Shown: positions 10,648-20,000 of the stretch, piece after piece
How the letters are laid out: each line of letters starts with the position of its first letter
Position numbering within the stretch: position 1 is the stretch's first letter
Assembly: GCA_963746465.1 (NCBI GenBank)
Contig: CAVVAY010000007.1
Location: forward strand, 508,937 to 572,936
Length of the DNA: 64,000 nucleotides
Direction of reading: 5' to 3'
Source: an uncultured Actinomycetota bacterium
Lineage (GTDB): Bacteria > Actinomycetota > Actinomycetes > JACCUZ01
Program-made: the position numbers and the translations under genes
Notes under the pieces: model-generated
Database searches by the model: none
Seen by the model: only the letters and a program-made list of their open reading frames with translations
Told to the model about the DNA's origin: nothing

Positions 10648-11291
10648 TCGCCGTCAGGGGCGCCGGGCTCACGGTCGGTGGCCGCGTCGAGGAACGCGAT
10701 CTCGAAGGCGGTCGCGCTCAGCTGCACCGCCACCCTGGCGAGGTCGTCGTGCCGGCTGTCGTCGTCGACGTGCTGGCGCAGGCGGTCGCGCAGGAACGCC
10801 CCCAGCTCGCGGGCCGCCTTCGCCGCGTCGAGCTGCAACGCCGAGACCACCTCGAGCGGCACGCCCTGCTGGGACAGCATCCGGCCGATGCCGACGAGCA
10901 GCGTGTGGCTGATCAGCTGGCCGTCGTCGTCCCGCCAGGCGAGGCCGGTCTCGGTCAGGTCCTCGGGCAGGTCCGGCAGCAGGCTGCGGATGCGGTCCTC
11001 GGGGATCGGCACGGTCCGGGAGATGTCCGAGCTGCCGTCGCGGAACCGCCGGCGGCGGTCGGCGACGATCGCGGAGTAGCTGCCCGGCGTCGCGATCAGC
11101 CGCTTGATCGCGGCCAGCGTGAACCCCTCGCGCTGGAGTGACGCGATCAGCTGGAGCCGGGCCAGGTGCGCGCCGTTGTACAGGGCCACCCGACCACTGA
11201 TCGAGGGCGGGAAGAGCAGGCCCTTGGACTGGTACGCCCGGATGTTCCGCGGCGTCATGCCCACGGCGTCGCCGAGCTCGGTGACGGTCAT
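10644..11291 (-). CDS. MerR family transcriptional regulator
   Basis: It has an N-terminal HTH (MTVTELGDAVGMTPRNIRAYQSKGLL). The ATG at 11291 is preferred to the one at 11303. Confidence 0.8.
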   Translation of the reverse strand: MTVTELGDAVGMTPRNIRAYQSKGLLFPPSISGRVALYNGAHLARLQLIASLQREGFTLAAIKRLIATPGSYSAIVADRRRRFRDGSSDISRTVPIPEDRIRSLLPDLPEDLTETGLAWRDDDGQLISHTLLVGIGRMLSQQGVPLEVVSALQLDAAKAARELGAFLRDRLRQHVDDDSRHDDLARVAVQLSATAFEIAFLDAATDREPGAPDGD

Positions 11292-11373
11292 GCCTTCGGC
11301 CAAGGAACTGCCCCCATGCGTCGGTACGGGTCCGACCGTACCGGTGCCTGACGCCTGCTCCTACGATGCGCGG

Positions 11374-12192
11374 ATGGTCGAGGTCCCCCCGCAGCTCCTG
11401 GAGCGGGCTCGGGCCTTTCTCGCGGCCGGCGCCGCGGCGGAGGTGGCACCGCCCCGGCACGCGGCCACGGTGGTGCTGCTCCGCGACGCCACCGACGGTC
11501 CCGAGGTCTACCTCCTGCGGCGGGCCGGCACGATGGCCTTCGCCGCGGGGATGCACGTCTTCCCTGGCGGGTCGGTGGACCCTCGGGACGGCGGGACCGC
11601 CACGGCATGGGCCGGCCCGCCTGCCGACCAGTGGGCGGGCTGGCTCGGCTGCGACGAGGCGCTGGCCCGGGCGCTGGTGTGCGCGGCGATCCGGGAGACC
11701 TTCGAGGAGTCCGGCGTCCTGCTGGCCGGGCCGGACCCCACCAGCGTGGTCCAGGACACGACCGGTGACGACCTGGAGCGCGACCGGCTGGCCCTGCTCG
11801 ACCGCAGCACCTCGATGGCGGAGGTGCTGTCCGGCCGCGGGCTGGTGCTGCGCAGCGACCTGCTGCGGCCGTGGGCGCACTGGATCACCCCGGAGTTCGA
11901 GCCCAAGCGGTTCGACACCCGGTTCTTCGTCGCCGCCGTCCCGACCGGCCAGCGTCCGAGGGACGTGAGCGGCGAGGCGGACGACACGGTGTGGCTCCCG
12001 GTGGCCGCCGCGGTCGCGCAGCACGAGGCCGACGCCCTGGCGATGCTGCCGCCGACGATCCAGGCGCTGCGCGAGCTGTCGGCGTACCGCTCGGTCGCCG
12101 AGGCACTGGCTGTCTCCCGCGAGGTCACGCCGGTGCTGCCGCGTCTTGTGGCGGACGGCGAGCGGCTGCGGCTGGTGGTGGACGGCGGATGA
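11374..12192 (+). CDS. NUDIX hydrolase
   Basis: The Nudix box GGSVDPRDGGTATAWAGPPADQWAGWLGCDEALARALVCAAIRETFEESGV is present. The start is at MVEVPPQLL, 11374. The track ORF starting at 11104 is over-extended. Confidence 0.8.
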   Translation: MVEVPPQLLERARAFLAAGAAAEVAPPRHAATVVLLRDATDGPEVYLLRRAGTMAFAAGMHVFPGGSVDPRDGGTATAWAGPPADQWAGWLGCDEALARALVCAAIRETFEESGVLLAGPDPTSVVQDTTGDDLERDRLALLDRSTSMAEVLSGRGLVLRSDLLRPWAHWITPEFEPKRFDTRFFVAAVPTGQRPRDVSGEADDTVWLPVAAAVAQHEADALAMLPPTIQALRELSAYRSVAEALAVSREVTPVLPRLVADGERLRLVVDGG

Positions 12193-12959
12193 CCGAGCTG
12201 CCGCGCTGGGCGGCCCTGGTCCGGGCCGACAACCCGTCACCGATGACCCTCGAGGGCACCAACACCTACCTGCTGCGCGGCGACGACAGCGGCCCGGCCG
12301 TGGTGGTCGACCCCGGGCCGCTGGACGAGCTGCACCTCGCCGCCGTCGTCGCGCGGGCCGGCGGTGAGGTCGCCCTGGTGCTGCTCACCCACGGCCACGC
12401 CGACCACTCCGAGGGCGCCCGGCTGCTGCAGGAGATGACCGGGGCGCCGATGGCGGCCGTCGACCCACGGTTCTGCGTGGACTCCGAGCCGCTGGTGGCA
12501 GGAGCAGTCTTCGACGGCGTCGCCGGGCTGGACATCCGGGTGCTCGCGACGCCGGGCCACACCGGCGACTCCGTGAGCTTCGTCGTCGCAGCCGACGAGC
12601 CGGGACTGCTCACCGGCGACACCATCCTGGGCCGCGGCACGACCGTCGTCGCCCATCCAGACGGTCGGCTGGCTGACTACCTGCGCTCGCTGGAGGAGAT
12701 CCGCGACCTGGACGGCCCGCTGACCCTGCTGCCCGGCCACGGCCCCGCCGGTGGCGACGCGGGGCAGCGGGCGGCCGCCTACCTCGCGCACCGGGCCCAG
12801 CGGCTGGACCAGGTCCGCGCTGCGCTGGCGGCCGGCGACACGACGCCGCAGCAGGTGGTGCGCCGGGTCTACGCCGACGTCGACGAGAGCCTCTGGCCGG
12901 CCGCCGAGCTGTCGGTGCTGGCCCAGCTCGACTACCTGGCCGAGACCGGCGGCAGCTAG
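12189..12959 (+). CDS. MBL-fold metallo-hydrolase
   Basis: The THGHADH motif is present. The ATG overlaps the NUDIX stop as ATGA. It is syntenic with Mtb Rv3677c. Confidence 0.85.
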   Translation: MTELPRWAALVRADNPSPMTLEGTNTYLLRGDDSGPAVVVDPGPLDELHLAAVVARAGGEVALVLLTHGHADHSEGARLLQEMTGAPMAAVDPRFCVDSEPLVAGAVFDGVAGLDIRVLATPGHTGDSVSFVVAADEPGLLTGDTILGRGTTVVAHPDGRLADYLRSLEEIRDLDGPLTLLPGHGPAGGDAGQRAAAYLAHRAQRLDQVRAALAAGDTTPQQVVRRVYADVDESLWPAAELSVLAQLDYLAETGGS

Positions 12960-13654
12960 CCCGCGCGGCGGCTGAGGCGGTCGAGGTCGAGGATGACGAC
13001 CGCGCGGCCCTCGAGCCGCAGGAAGCCGCGGCCGGCGAAGTCGGCGAGCGCCTTGTTCACGGTCTCGCGGGAGGCGCCCACCAGCTGGGCAAGCTCCTCC
13101 TGGGTGAGGTCGTGGGTGACCCGGACGCCGTCCTCGGAGGGCACGCCGAACCGCCGCGCCAGGTCGAGCAGCGCCTTGGCGACCCGGCCCGGCACGTCGC
13201 TGAAGACCAGGTCGGCCATCGCCTCGTTGGTGCGCCGGAGCCGTCTTGCCAGCGCCGCGAGCAGCTGGGTCGCGACCTCGGGGTGAGCGGTGAGCCACGG
13301 CTGGAGGTCGGCGTTGCCGAGCCCGATCAGGGTGGTGTCGGTGACGGCGGTCGCGGTGGCCGTCCGCGGACCGGGGTCGAACAGCGACAGCTCGCCGAAC
13401 ATCTCGCCCGGCCCCATGACGGCCAGCAGGTTCTCGCGGCCGTCGGCGGCGGTGCGACCCAGCTTCACCTTGCCGGTCGTGACGACGTACAGCCGGTCAC
13501 CGGGCTCGCCCTCGCTGAAGAGCACGTGTCCCCGGGGCAGCCGCACCTCCAGCATCTGGGCGCGCAGCTCTTCCTGCGCCTGCGGGTCGAGAGCCGAGAA
13601 CAGCGGTGAGCCGCCCAAGCCGCCGACCGGCTCGTCCACGCTCGTCTGTTCCAT
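12956..13654 (-). CDS. crp: Crp/Fnr family transcriptional regulator (cAMP receptor protein)
   Basis: It aligns along nearly its whole length, by eye, with mycobacterial Crp: [28 protein letters not shown], and the [31 protein letters not shown]. Confidence 0.9.
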   Translation of the reverse strand: MEQTSVDEPVGGLGGSPLFSALDPQAQEELRAQMLEVRLPRGHVLFSEGEPGDRLYVVTTGKVKLGRTAADGRENLLAVMGPGEMFGELSLFDPGPRTATATAVTDTTLIGLGNADLQPWLTAHPEVATQLLAALARRLRRTNEAMADLVFSDVPGRVAKALLDLARRFGVPSEDGVRVTHDLTQEELAQLVGASRETVNKALADFAGRGFLRLEGRAVVILDLDRLSRRAG

Positions 13655-13729
13655 CCTGTGCAGCCTCCTCCACCGGGGTCCCCGACGCAGGGCCAGTCTG
13701 CCGCACCGGCATCCTGCGGGGCGGGAGGG

Positions 13730-14179
13730 TCAGGCGACGTCGCTGCTGCCGGGCAGCGGCAGTGCGCGCAGCGCGAGCGCAGGCTCCTCGCGGTAGCGGG
13801 CGATCAGCTCGCTGGTGGCGTCGTCCAGGCGCTCGTGCAGGCTGCGCCGGTACGACGACAGCTCCACCTCGGCTGCGGCCAGCCGGGGCAGCAGGCCCTC
13901 GCCGGAGTCGAGGTCGGACCCGGCCTCCCACAGCACCGCCAGGTCCGGCAGCGGCGGGACCGACACGGCGTCGTGCACCGGCAGCACCGCGAGACGCCGG
14001 CTGGACTCCTGGTGCTGGGTCAGCACCGACTGCAGCCGGGCGACCGGGGTGCGCTCACCGTTCTCGCCGAGAGCGGTGTCCAGCCGGGCCTGCAGGATCC
14101 GGCGCCAGTACGAGACGCGGGACTCCTCGACGACCAGCTCCTGCCGGTAGCTGCGCAACGCGTCCAGGTCCAGGGGCAT
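13730..14179 (-). CDS. hypothetical protein, predicted coiled coil, occupying the conserved crp-nth intergenic slot
   Basis: It is a 150-aa ORF starting at MPLDLDALRSYRQELVVEESRVSYWRRILQARLD. No family was recognised. The upstream 27 aa of the track ORF were dropped. Confidence 0.45.
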   Translation of the reverse strand: MPLDLDALRSYRQELVVEESRVSYWRRILQARLDTALGENGERTPVARLQSVLTQHQESSRRLAVLPVHDAVSVPPLPDLAVLWEAGSDLDSGEGLLPRLAAAEVELSSYRRSLHERLDDATSELIARYREEPALALRALPLPGSSDVA

Positions 14180-14322
14180 CAGGTGCGGGACGCGCTGCGC
14201 CGGGCGCCGGGCTGCCGGCCGACGGCCGTTGCCCGTGCTCCGCGCAGGAGTGCTGGTGATCACACCAGACGTGTCGTCGGGCCTCCCACCGGCCTTGAGA
14301 GCAGGTCACCCGTACGGCTGAG

Positions 14323-15090
14323 GTGTCGCCGACGGACCGTAGGCTCTGCGCTGTGACCAGGAGCCGCACGACCACCCGAGTGGCCGAGTCCCCGCTGGCT
14401 CGCACCCGCCGCGCGCGGCGCATCCACAAGATCCTGGCCGACACCTACCCGGACGCTCACTGCGAGCTCGACTTCAGCACCCCGCTGGAGCTCGTGGTGG
14501 CTACGATCCTGTCCGCGCAGTCCACCGACGCGGGGGTCAACAAAGTCACGCCGGCGCTCTTCGCCAGGTACCCCGCGGCCGCCGACTACGCCGCCGCCGA
14601 CCGCGAAGAGCTCGAGGCGATGATCCACTCGACCGGCTTCTTCCGGGCGAAGACGAACTCGCTGATCAACCTCGGCCAGGCCCTCGTCGAGCGGTACGGC
14701 GGGGAGGTGCCAGGCCGGCTCGACGACCTGGTGACCTTGCCGGGGATCGGGCGCAAGACCGCCAACGTGGTCCTCGGCAACGCGTTCGACGTGCCCGGCA
14801 TCACCGTCGACACCCACTTCGGCCGGCTCTCGCGGCGGTTCGGCTGGACCGAGCTGGACGATCCGGTCAAGGTGGAGCACGAGGTCGGCGCGCTGTTCCC
14901 CAAGCGGGACTGGACGATGCTCAGCCACCGGGTCATCTTCCATGGCCGCCGCGTGTGCCACGCCCGTCGGCCGGCCTGCGGGGCCTGCCCGGTGGCCCGC
15001 CTCTGCCCGGCGTACGGCGAGGGCGAGCTGGACCCGGTCAAGGCCGCGAAGCTCGTGAAGTCGCCCGCCCAGGTGGCGGCGTCGGCGTGA
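14323..15090 (+). CDS. nth: endonuclease III
   Basis: It has the HhH-GPD motifs [13 protein letters not shown] and the C-terminal 4Fe-4S cluster CxxxxxxCxxC...C. It aligns with Mtb Nth. The start may be the GTG at 14353. Confidence 0.9.
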   Translation: MSPTDRRLCAVTRSRTTTRVAESPLARTRRARRIHKILADTYPDAHCELDFSTPLELVVATILSAQSTDAGVNKVTPALFARYPAAADYAAADREELEAMIHSTGFFRAKTNSLINLGQALVERYGGEVPGRLDDLVTLPGIGRKTANVVLGNAFDVPGITVDTHFGRLSRRFGWTELDDPVKVEHEVGALFPKRDWTMLSHRVIFHGRRVCHARRPACGACPVARLCPAYGEGELDPVKAAKLVKSPAQVAASA

Positions 15091-15680
15091 CGGCGCCGGG
15101 CCGGGCCGTGCGGGTCGCCGCCACGATGACGGTGACGGCCGGCCTGCTGGCCGGCTGCACCGCGGGGGCCGCGAAGGACCCCGCGCCGGTCGCGTCGGCC
15201 AGTGCCGCCTACTCGCTGCCGAGCTGCCCGTCCCTCGAGCCGGCCGAGCCGGTCGACGACGGCCTGCCCGACCTCGAGCTGCCCTGCCTCGGCGGCGGGC
15301 CGTCGGTGAACCTCGCCGACCTGCGCGGCACACCTATGGTGCTCAACGTCTGGGCCGCGTGGTGCGTCAACTGCGACCGCGAGATGCCGTTGTTCGCCGC
15401 AGCGATGGCCGAGGCCGGCGAGCGGGTGCGGTTCTTCGGCGTCCACTACAAGGCCGCCGAGAAGTACGGCGAGCGCTCGGCGGCCGACTTCGGCGTCCCC
15501 TTCCCGTCGGTGCACGACGAGGACGGCGACAAGACCGCGCTCCAGCTGCGCGCCACGGCGCCGCCGCAGACCCTGTTCGTCACCGCCGAGGGGCGGGTCG
15601 TCGGTCACCAGGTCGGCGAGATCAAGACGCGGGAAGAGCTGGACGGCCTGGTGCAGCGTTACCTCGGCGTACGGCTGTGA
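15087..15680 (+). CDS. TlpA-family thiol-disulfide oxidoreductase (redoxin) lipoprotein
   Basis: The GTG start overlaps the nth stop as GTGA. It has an N-terminal LAGC lipobox and the thioredoxin motif WAAWCVNC. The 14955 track start is over-extended. Confidence 0.8.
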   Translation: MTAPGRAVRVAATMTVTAGLLAGCTAGAAKDPAPVASASAAYSLPSCPSLEPAEPVDDGLPDLELPCLGGGPSVNLADLRGTPMVLNVWAAWCVNCDREMPLFAAAMAEAGERVRFFGVHYKAAEKYGERSAADFGVPFPSVHDEDGDKTALQLRATAPPQTLFVTAEGRVVGHQVGEIKTREELDGLVQRYLGVRL

Positions 15681-16354
15681 CGCTGCCCGAGTGGCTGCGG
15701 CCGCTCGCCGAGGCCGCCGTGCACGTCCGTCCCGAGCAGCTCAGCAGGTTCCTGCCGCCGGACGAGGGCGGCCGGGAGTCGGCGGTGCTCATGCTTTTCG
15801 GCGAGTCCCGGCCCGGCTGGGAGGGGGCCGACGTGCTGCTGATCGAACGGGCCCACGACATGCGCAGCCACGCCGGGCAGGTCGCCTTCCCGGGCGGCGC
15901 GGTCGACCCCGCGGACGAGGACGTGGTCGCCGCCGCGCTGCGCGAGTCGGTGGAGGAGACCGGGCTCGATCCCGCGGGTGTGGACGTCATCGGCACGCTG
16001 CCGGCGTTGTTCCTGCCACCCAGCGGTTTCGTGGTCACCCCGGTGCTCGGCTGGTGGCGCGAGCCGTCGCCGGTGTCCGTGGTGGACACGCGAGAGGTGG
16101 CGTCGGTGCACCGGGTGCCGCTGGCCGAGCTGCTGGACCCCGCCAACCGCTACCAGGTGAGCCACCCCAGCGGCTACGTGGGCGCCGCGTTCGACGCCGC
16201 CGGACTGCTGGTGTGGGGCTTCACCGCCGGCCTGCTCGACCGGATGCTCCGCCTCGGCGGGTGGGAGCTGCCGTGGGACCGTAGCGACGTGCGTGACCTG
16301 CCGGCCGAGCACCTGGCCCGGACGATGCCGGCCGACGAGGTGGGTCGCGCGTGA
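15677..16354 (+). CDS. NUDIX hydrolase, CoA pyrophosphatase-like
   Basis: The GTG start overlaps the TlpA stop as GTGA. The Nudix box is GGAVDPADEDVVAAALRESVEETGL. Confidence 0.8.
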   Translation: MTLPEWLRPLAEAAVHVRPEQLSRFLPPDEGGRESAVLMLFGESRPGWEGADVLLIERAHDMRSHAGQVAFPGGAVDPADEDVVAAALRESVEETGLDPAGVDVIGTLPALFLPPSGFVVTPVLGWWREPSPVSVVDTREVASVHRVPLAELLDPANRYQVSHPSGYVGAAFDAAGLLVWGFTAGLLDRMLRLGGWELPWDRSDVRDLPAEHLARTMPADEVGRA

Positions 16355-17532
16355 ACTGGCTGGACCTCGTGCTGCTGGTCTCGGCGCTGTCGTTCGCCTT
16401 CTCGGGCTACCGGCAGGGCTTCGTGGTGGGCGTACTGGCGTTCGCCGGGTTCCTCACCGGTGGAGTGGTGGGGCTGCTGCTTGCGCCGCGGATGGTCTCG
16501 CGGGTCGAACCCGGCCTCGGGCAGTCGCTGCTCGCGGTGGCCGTGGTGCTGCTGGCCGCGACCATCGGGCAGGTCGCCCTCGGTTGGCTCGGGTCGTTGG
16601 TGCGCAACCGCATCACCTGGCGGCCGGCGCGAGTGCTCGACGCCGGGCTCGGGGCGGCGGTGAGCGTCGTCGCGATGCTCGTGATCGCCTGGTTCCTGGC
16701 ATCCTCGCTGCGTCCCGGGCCGCTGCCGTCGCTGTCGCGCCAGATCAGCGACTCGCAGGTGGTCACCACCGTCGACCAGGTGATGCCGGAGCGCGCCCGG
16801 ACGCTGTTCTCCTCGTTCCGGCAGGTGCTCGACGACAACGAGCTGCCGACGGTGTTCGGCGGTCTGTCCCCGGAGCGGATCAGGCCGGTCCCGCCGCCGG
16901 ACGGCGCGATCACCGGCACCGCAGCGGTCCGTCGGGCCTCGGCCAGCGTGGTGAAGGTCAGCGGCACCGCTGACGACTGCAGCCGGAGCCTCGACGGCAG
17001 CGGCTTCGTCTACGCCCGCCAGCACGTGCTGACCAACGCGCACGTCGTCGCGGGCGTGGACGACCCGCAGGTCCGGGTCAACGGCACCGACCAGCGGCTG
17101 GACGCGGAAGTGGTCCTCTTCGACCCGGACCGTGACCTCGCGGTGCTGTACGTGCCCGACCTCACCGCGACCCCGCTCGACCTGGACGACTCCGGTCACC
17201 GCGGCGACCAGTCCGTGGTCGCCGGCTACCCGGGTGGCGGCCCGTACCGGCTGGTCGCAGCCCGCATCCGCGACACCATCAACGCCCGCGGCCCGGACAT
17301 CTACCACCGCAAGCAGATCACCCGCGAGGTGTTCTCGCTGTACGCCGACGTCGAGCCGGGCAACTCCGGTGGTCCGCTGCTCACCCCGGACGGCGACGTG
17401 TACGGCGTGGTCTTCGCCAAGTCGCTGGACGACGCGGACACCGGCTATGCGCTGACCGTCGACGAGGCCCGCAGCGTCGCGCGCGCCGGCCGGAAGGCGA
17501 CCCGCGCGGTCGACACCGACACCTGCGCCTGA
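16351..17532 (+). CDS. MarP-family membrane-anchored serine protease (S1 chymotrypsin-like)
   Basis: It has multiple N-terminal TM helices and a C-terminal trypsin-like domain (TNAHVV, DLAVL, GNSGGP). The GTG start overlaps the previous stop as GTGA. It is syntenic with Mtb Rv3671c. Confidence 0.85.
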   Translation: MNWLDLVLLVSALSFAFSGYRQGFVVGVLAFAGFLTGGVVGLLLAPRMVSRVEPGLGQSLLAVAVVLLAATIGQVALGWLGSLVRNRITWRPARVLDAGLGAAVSVVAMLVIAWFLASSLRPGPLPSLSRQISDSQVVTTVDQVMPERARTLFSSFRQVLDDNELPTVFGGLSPERIRPVPPPDGAITGTAAVRRASASVVKVSGTADDCSRSLDGSGFVYARQHVLTNAHVVAGVDDPQVRVNGTDQRLDAEVVLFDPDRDLAVLYVPDLTATPLDLDDSGHRGDQSVVAGYPGGGPYRLVAARIRDTINARGPDIYHRKQITREVFSLYADVEPGNSGGPLLTPDGDVYGVVFAKSLDDADTGYALTVDEARSVARAGRKATRAVDTDTCA

Positions 17533-17539
17533 CGAGCAG

Positions 17540-18181
17540 CTAGTACGACGTGATGCTGTCGCCGTCGACCACGATGACCTGGCCGTCGCGGAGCGTGCGG
17601 TGCGGGACACCGGCTGCGCGGTACCGTTCGACGACCGCGTCCATCGCCTCGCTCTCGGGGTGGTCCGGTGACGCGACGTGCGGCACGAAGGCGAAGTCGA
17701 GCACGCCCAGACCGTCCCAGATCGGCTGCTCGCCGTAGACCCGGGTCACCGCGTCCGCGTCGTCCACGAGCTCCAGGCCGCGCAGGCTGGGTGCGAGCAC
17801 GCACGGCCCCGCGCTGTAGCCGGCGTACACGTACGCATCCCGGCCGAGACCGGCGACGATCGCCTGGTCGGCACCGCTGTGGCGCATCGCGTGCCGGAGC
17901 ATGAAGACGTTGCCGCCCCGCAGCCACAGCACGTCATGGCTCTCCAGCACGGCCGCCAGGTCGCTGTCGTCGCCGACGTGGTCACGCAGGTCGACCTCGG
18001 TGGGGCGCAGCCCGAGCGCGGCCAGCGCGACCAGCTCGCGTTCCACGGCTTCCCGGCGGTAGTCCGGCGCGGCGTCGTCCATCGAGTTGGCGATCACGGC
18101 CGCGCGGGCACCCGGCCCGGCCATCGCGACGAGCAGGTCGCTGCGGTCGCCGAGCCGGAACGACGAGAGATAGAGCCGCAT
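17540..18181 (-). CDS. peptidase S51 / class I glutamine amidotransferase-like (peptidase E-like)
   Basis: It is 213 aa from MRLYLSSFRLGD and has the GGNVFML motif. The start overlaps the upstream stop as ATGA at 18181. Confidence 0.7.
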   Translation of the reverse strand: MRLYLSSFRLGDRSDLLVAMAGPGARAAVIANSMDDAAPDYRREAVERELVALAALGLRPTEVDLRDHVGDDSDLAAVLESHDVLWLRGGNVFMLRHAMRHSGADQAIVAGLGRDAYVYAGYSAGPCVLAPSLRGLELVDDADAVTRVYGEQPIWDGLGVLDFAFVPHVASPDHPESEAMDAVVERYRAAGVPHRTLRDGQVIVVDGDSITSY

Positions 18182-18645
18182 CAGCTGCGGAGCCGGACGG
18201 TGCGAGGTGGCTCGCCGTCGACCGGCGGCTCGGCGGCCAGGGCACGCGCGGTGGCGACCAGACCGGCCACGTCGATGCCGTACGGCGGTGCGCCGGCGTA
18301 CGGCTCGATCCGGGCGGCACCGCGGTGCAGCAGGGTGCTCGCTCCGGCGAGGTTGCCGCGGGCCCGGTGGGTGAGGCCGACAGCGAGCTGGGCCAGCCCC
18401 TGCCACAGGTCGCGCTCGACCTCGGGGGCGGCCTTCCAGGTGCCCTCGAGCACTTCGTGGGCGTGGAACGGCCGGCCGGCGTCGATCAGCCGCTGGGCCT
18501 CGACGAGCGACTCCTCGGGCGCCAGCACCAGGTCGTCAGGCACCCGTTCGACACCCTCGGCGTCGTGCTGCAGCGGGCGGCCGAGGCCGTCCCGTGGCCG
18601 GTTGTTGCGCGCCCGGCCGGCCGGGTCGCGATCGCGCTCGGTCAT
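18181..18645 (-). CDS. DUF309 domain-containing protein
   Basis: Translation ...GRPFHAHEVLEGTWK..ERDLWQGLAQLAVGLTHRARGN is 154 aa. Its start overlaps the upstream stop as ATGA at 18642-18645. Confidence 0.7.
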   Translation of the reverse strand: MTERDRDPAGRARNNRPRDGLGRPLQHDAEGVERVPDDLVLAPEESLVEAQRLIDAGRPFHAHEVLEGTWKAAPEVERDLWQGLAQLAVGLTHRARGNLAGASTLLHRGAARIEPYAGAPPYGIDVAGLVATARALAAEPPVDGEPPRTVRLRS

Positions 18646-19511
18646 CCGTGCTCCGGGGAGGGGTCGTCGAGCCAGTCGCGCAGCACGGTGGTGAACGCGG
18701 ACGGGTCCTCCTCCTGCGGGAAGTGGCCGACGCCGGGCATCAGGTGCCACCGGTAGGGCGCCTCGACGTACTTGCCGGAGCCCTGGGCGCTGCCCGGCAG
18801 CACGCAGCGGTCCAGCGCACCGTGCACCTGCAGGGTCGGCACGGTGACGGGGCTCGACATCCGCCGGGCGTACCGGACGCCGTCGGTGCGCGGGATGGAG
18901 CGGACCGCCCAGCGGTAGGACTCCAGGGCGCAGTGCGCGACACCGGGGATCTGCGCGGCCTGCCGGTAGCGCGCCTCGGTCTCGGCGTCCGGGAAGCCGG
19001 GCCCGGCCCACTGCCGGAGCAGGGTGGCCACCGCCTCGGCGTCGTCGGCGACCAACCGGCGCTCCGGCACCATCGGCGCCTGGTAGCCGAGCACGTGGCG
19101 GCTGGCCCGGACCTGCCGGACCTGGGTGAGGTGGGCGCGGCGCAGGCGGCGCGGGTGCGGCATCGAGACGGCCACCAGCCGGCGTACCTGACGGGGGTGC
19201 ACGACCGACAGCGTCCAGGCGACCAGGCCGCCGAGGCCCTGCCCGACCACGGCGGCGTCCCGGTCACCCAGCGACCTGATCACGCCGGACGCGTCCTCGG
19301 CGAGGGTCCGCGGGTCGTAGCCGCGCGGCGGCTTGTCGCTGGCGCCGAAGCCGCGCAGGTCCATCGCGGCGACCCGGTACCCCGCAGCGGCCAGCGCCGG
19401 CAGCTGGTGCCGCCAGGTCCACCAGAACTGCGGGAACCCGTGCAGCAGCAGGACGAGCGGCCCGCTGCCGGCGACCGCGACATGGAACCGGGCACCGTTC
19501 GCCGCGACCAT
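18642..19511 (-). CDS. alpha/beta hydrolase, epoxide hydrolase-like
   Basis: It has the HGFPQFWWTWRHQ motif and nucleophile GQGLGG. The ATG at 19511 (MVAANGARFHV) is preferred. The track start at 19586 would overlap the holin gene. It is syntenic with Mtb ephE. Confidence 0.8.
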   Translation of the reverse strand: MVAANGARFHVAVAGSGPLVLLLHGFPQFWWTWRHQLPALAAAGYRVAAMDLRGFGASDKPPRGYDPRTLAEDASGVIRSLGDRDAAVVGQGLGGLVAWTLSVVHPRQVRRLVAVSMPHPRRLRRAHLTQVRQVRASRHVLGYQAPMVPERRLVADDAEAVATLLRQWAGPGFPDAETEARYRQAAQIPGVAHCALESYRWAVRSIPRTDGVRYARRMSSPVTVPTLQVHGALDRCVLPGSAQGSGKYVEAPYRWHLMPGVGHFPQEEDPSAFTTVLRDWLDDPSPEHG

Positions 19512-19563
19512 GTGGTGCTCCCACGGGCCGGCGACCCGGGCGACGGAGGCGTCCGGAGGCTGG

Positions 19564-19995
19564 TCAGCTGGTCGGCGCGTTGCCATCGGTGGACCGCGGG
19601 CTCTTGAGGAACGCCGCGGTCTCCTTGCTGGTGCGGATGGTCCGCGCCGGCGGGCCCATCTTCGACAGCGTCTTCTTGCCGACCAGGACGAGCAGGCCGG
19701 CGATCAGGAGGTACAGCACGGCCACGATCAGGAACGCGAGCCACGACACCACCCCGGCGCGGACCAGGCCCTGGGCGAGAGCGATCGAGAGCAGGATCGT
19801 GGCGAGCAGGCCGAGGAACGCCGCGGCGCCGAACATCGCGCCGCCCTTCGCGCCGTTCTTGGCCTCCTGGCGGAGCTCGGCCTTGGCGAGCTCGACCTCG
19901 CTGCGCACCAGCGTCGACAGGTCGCGGCTGGCGGTGGCGAAGAGCGCGCCGAGGGTCTCCTCGGGCTGGGTTCCTGGTCCCGTCATCTGCGTCAT
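19564..19995 (-). CDS. phage-holin-family membrane protein (actinobacterial holin-X / DUF1469 type)
   Basis: It is 143 aa, with an amphipathic N-terminal region (LGALFATASRDLSTLVRSEVELAKAELR) followed by two TM helices. Confidence 0.65.
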   Translation of the reverse strand: MTQMTGPGTQPEETLGALFATASRDLSTLVRSEVELAKAELRQEAKNGAKGGAMFGAAAFLGLLATILLSIALAQGLVRAGVVSWLAFLIVAVLYLLIAGLLVLVGKKTLSKMGPPARTIRTSKETAAFLKSPRSTDGNAPTS

Positions 19996-20000
19996 GGCGC

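Noticed and set aside
19564-19995. Holin-family gene as evidence of a prophage
   Set aside because: There are no capsid, terminase, integrase or lysin genes nearby. This holin-X/DUF1469 type is chromosomal and conserved next to ephE in actinobacteria.
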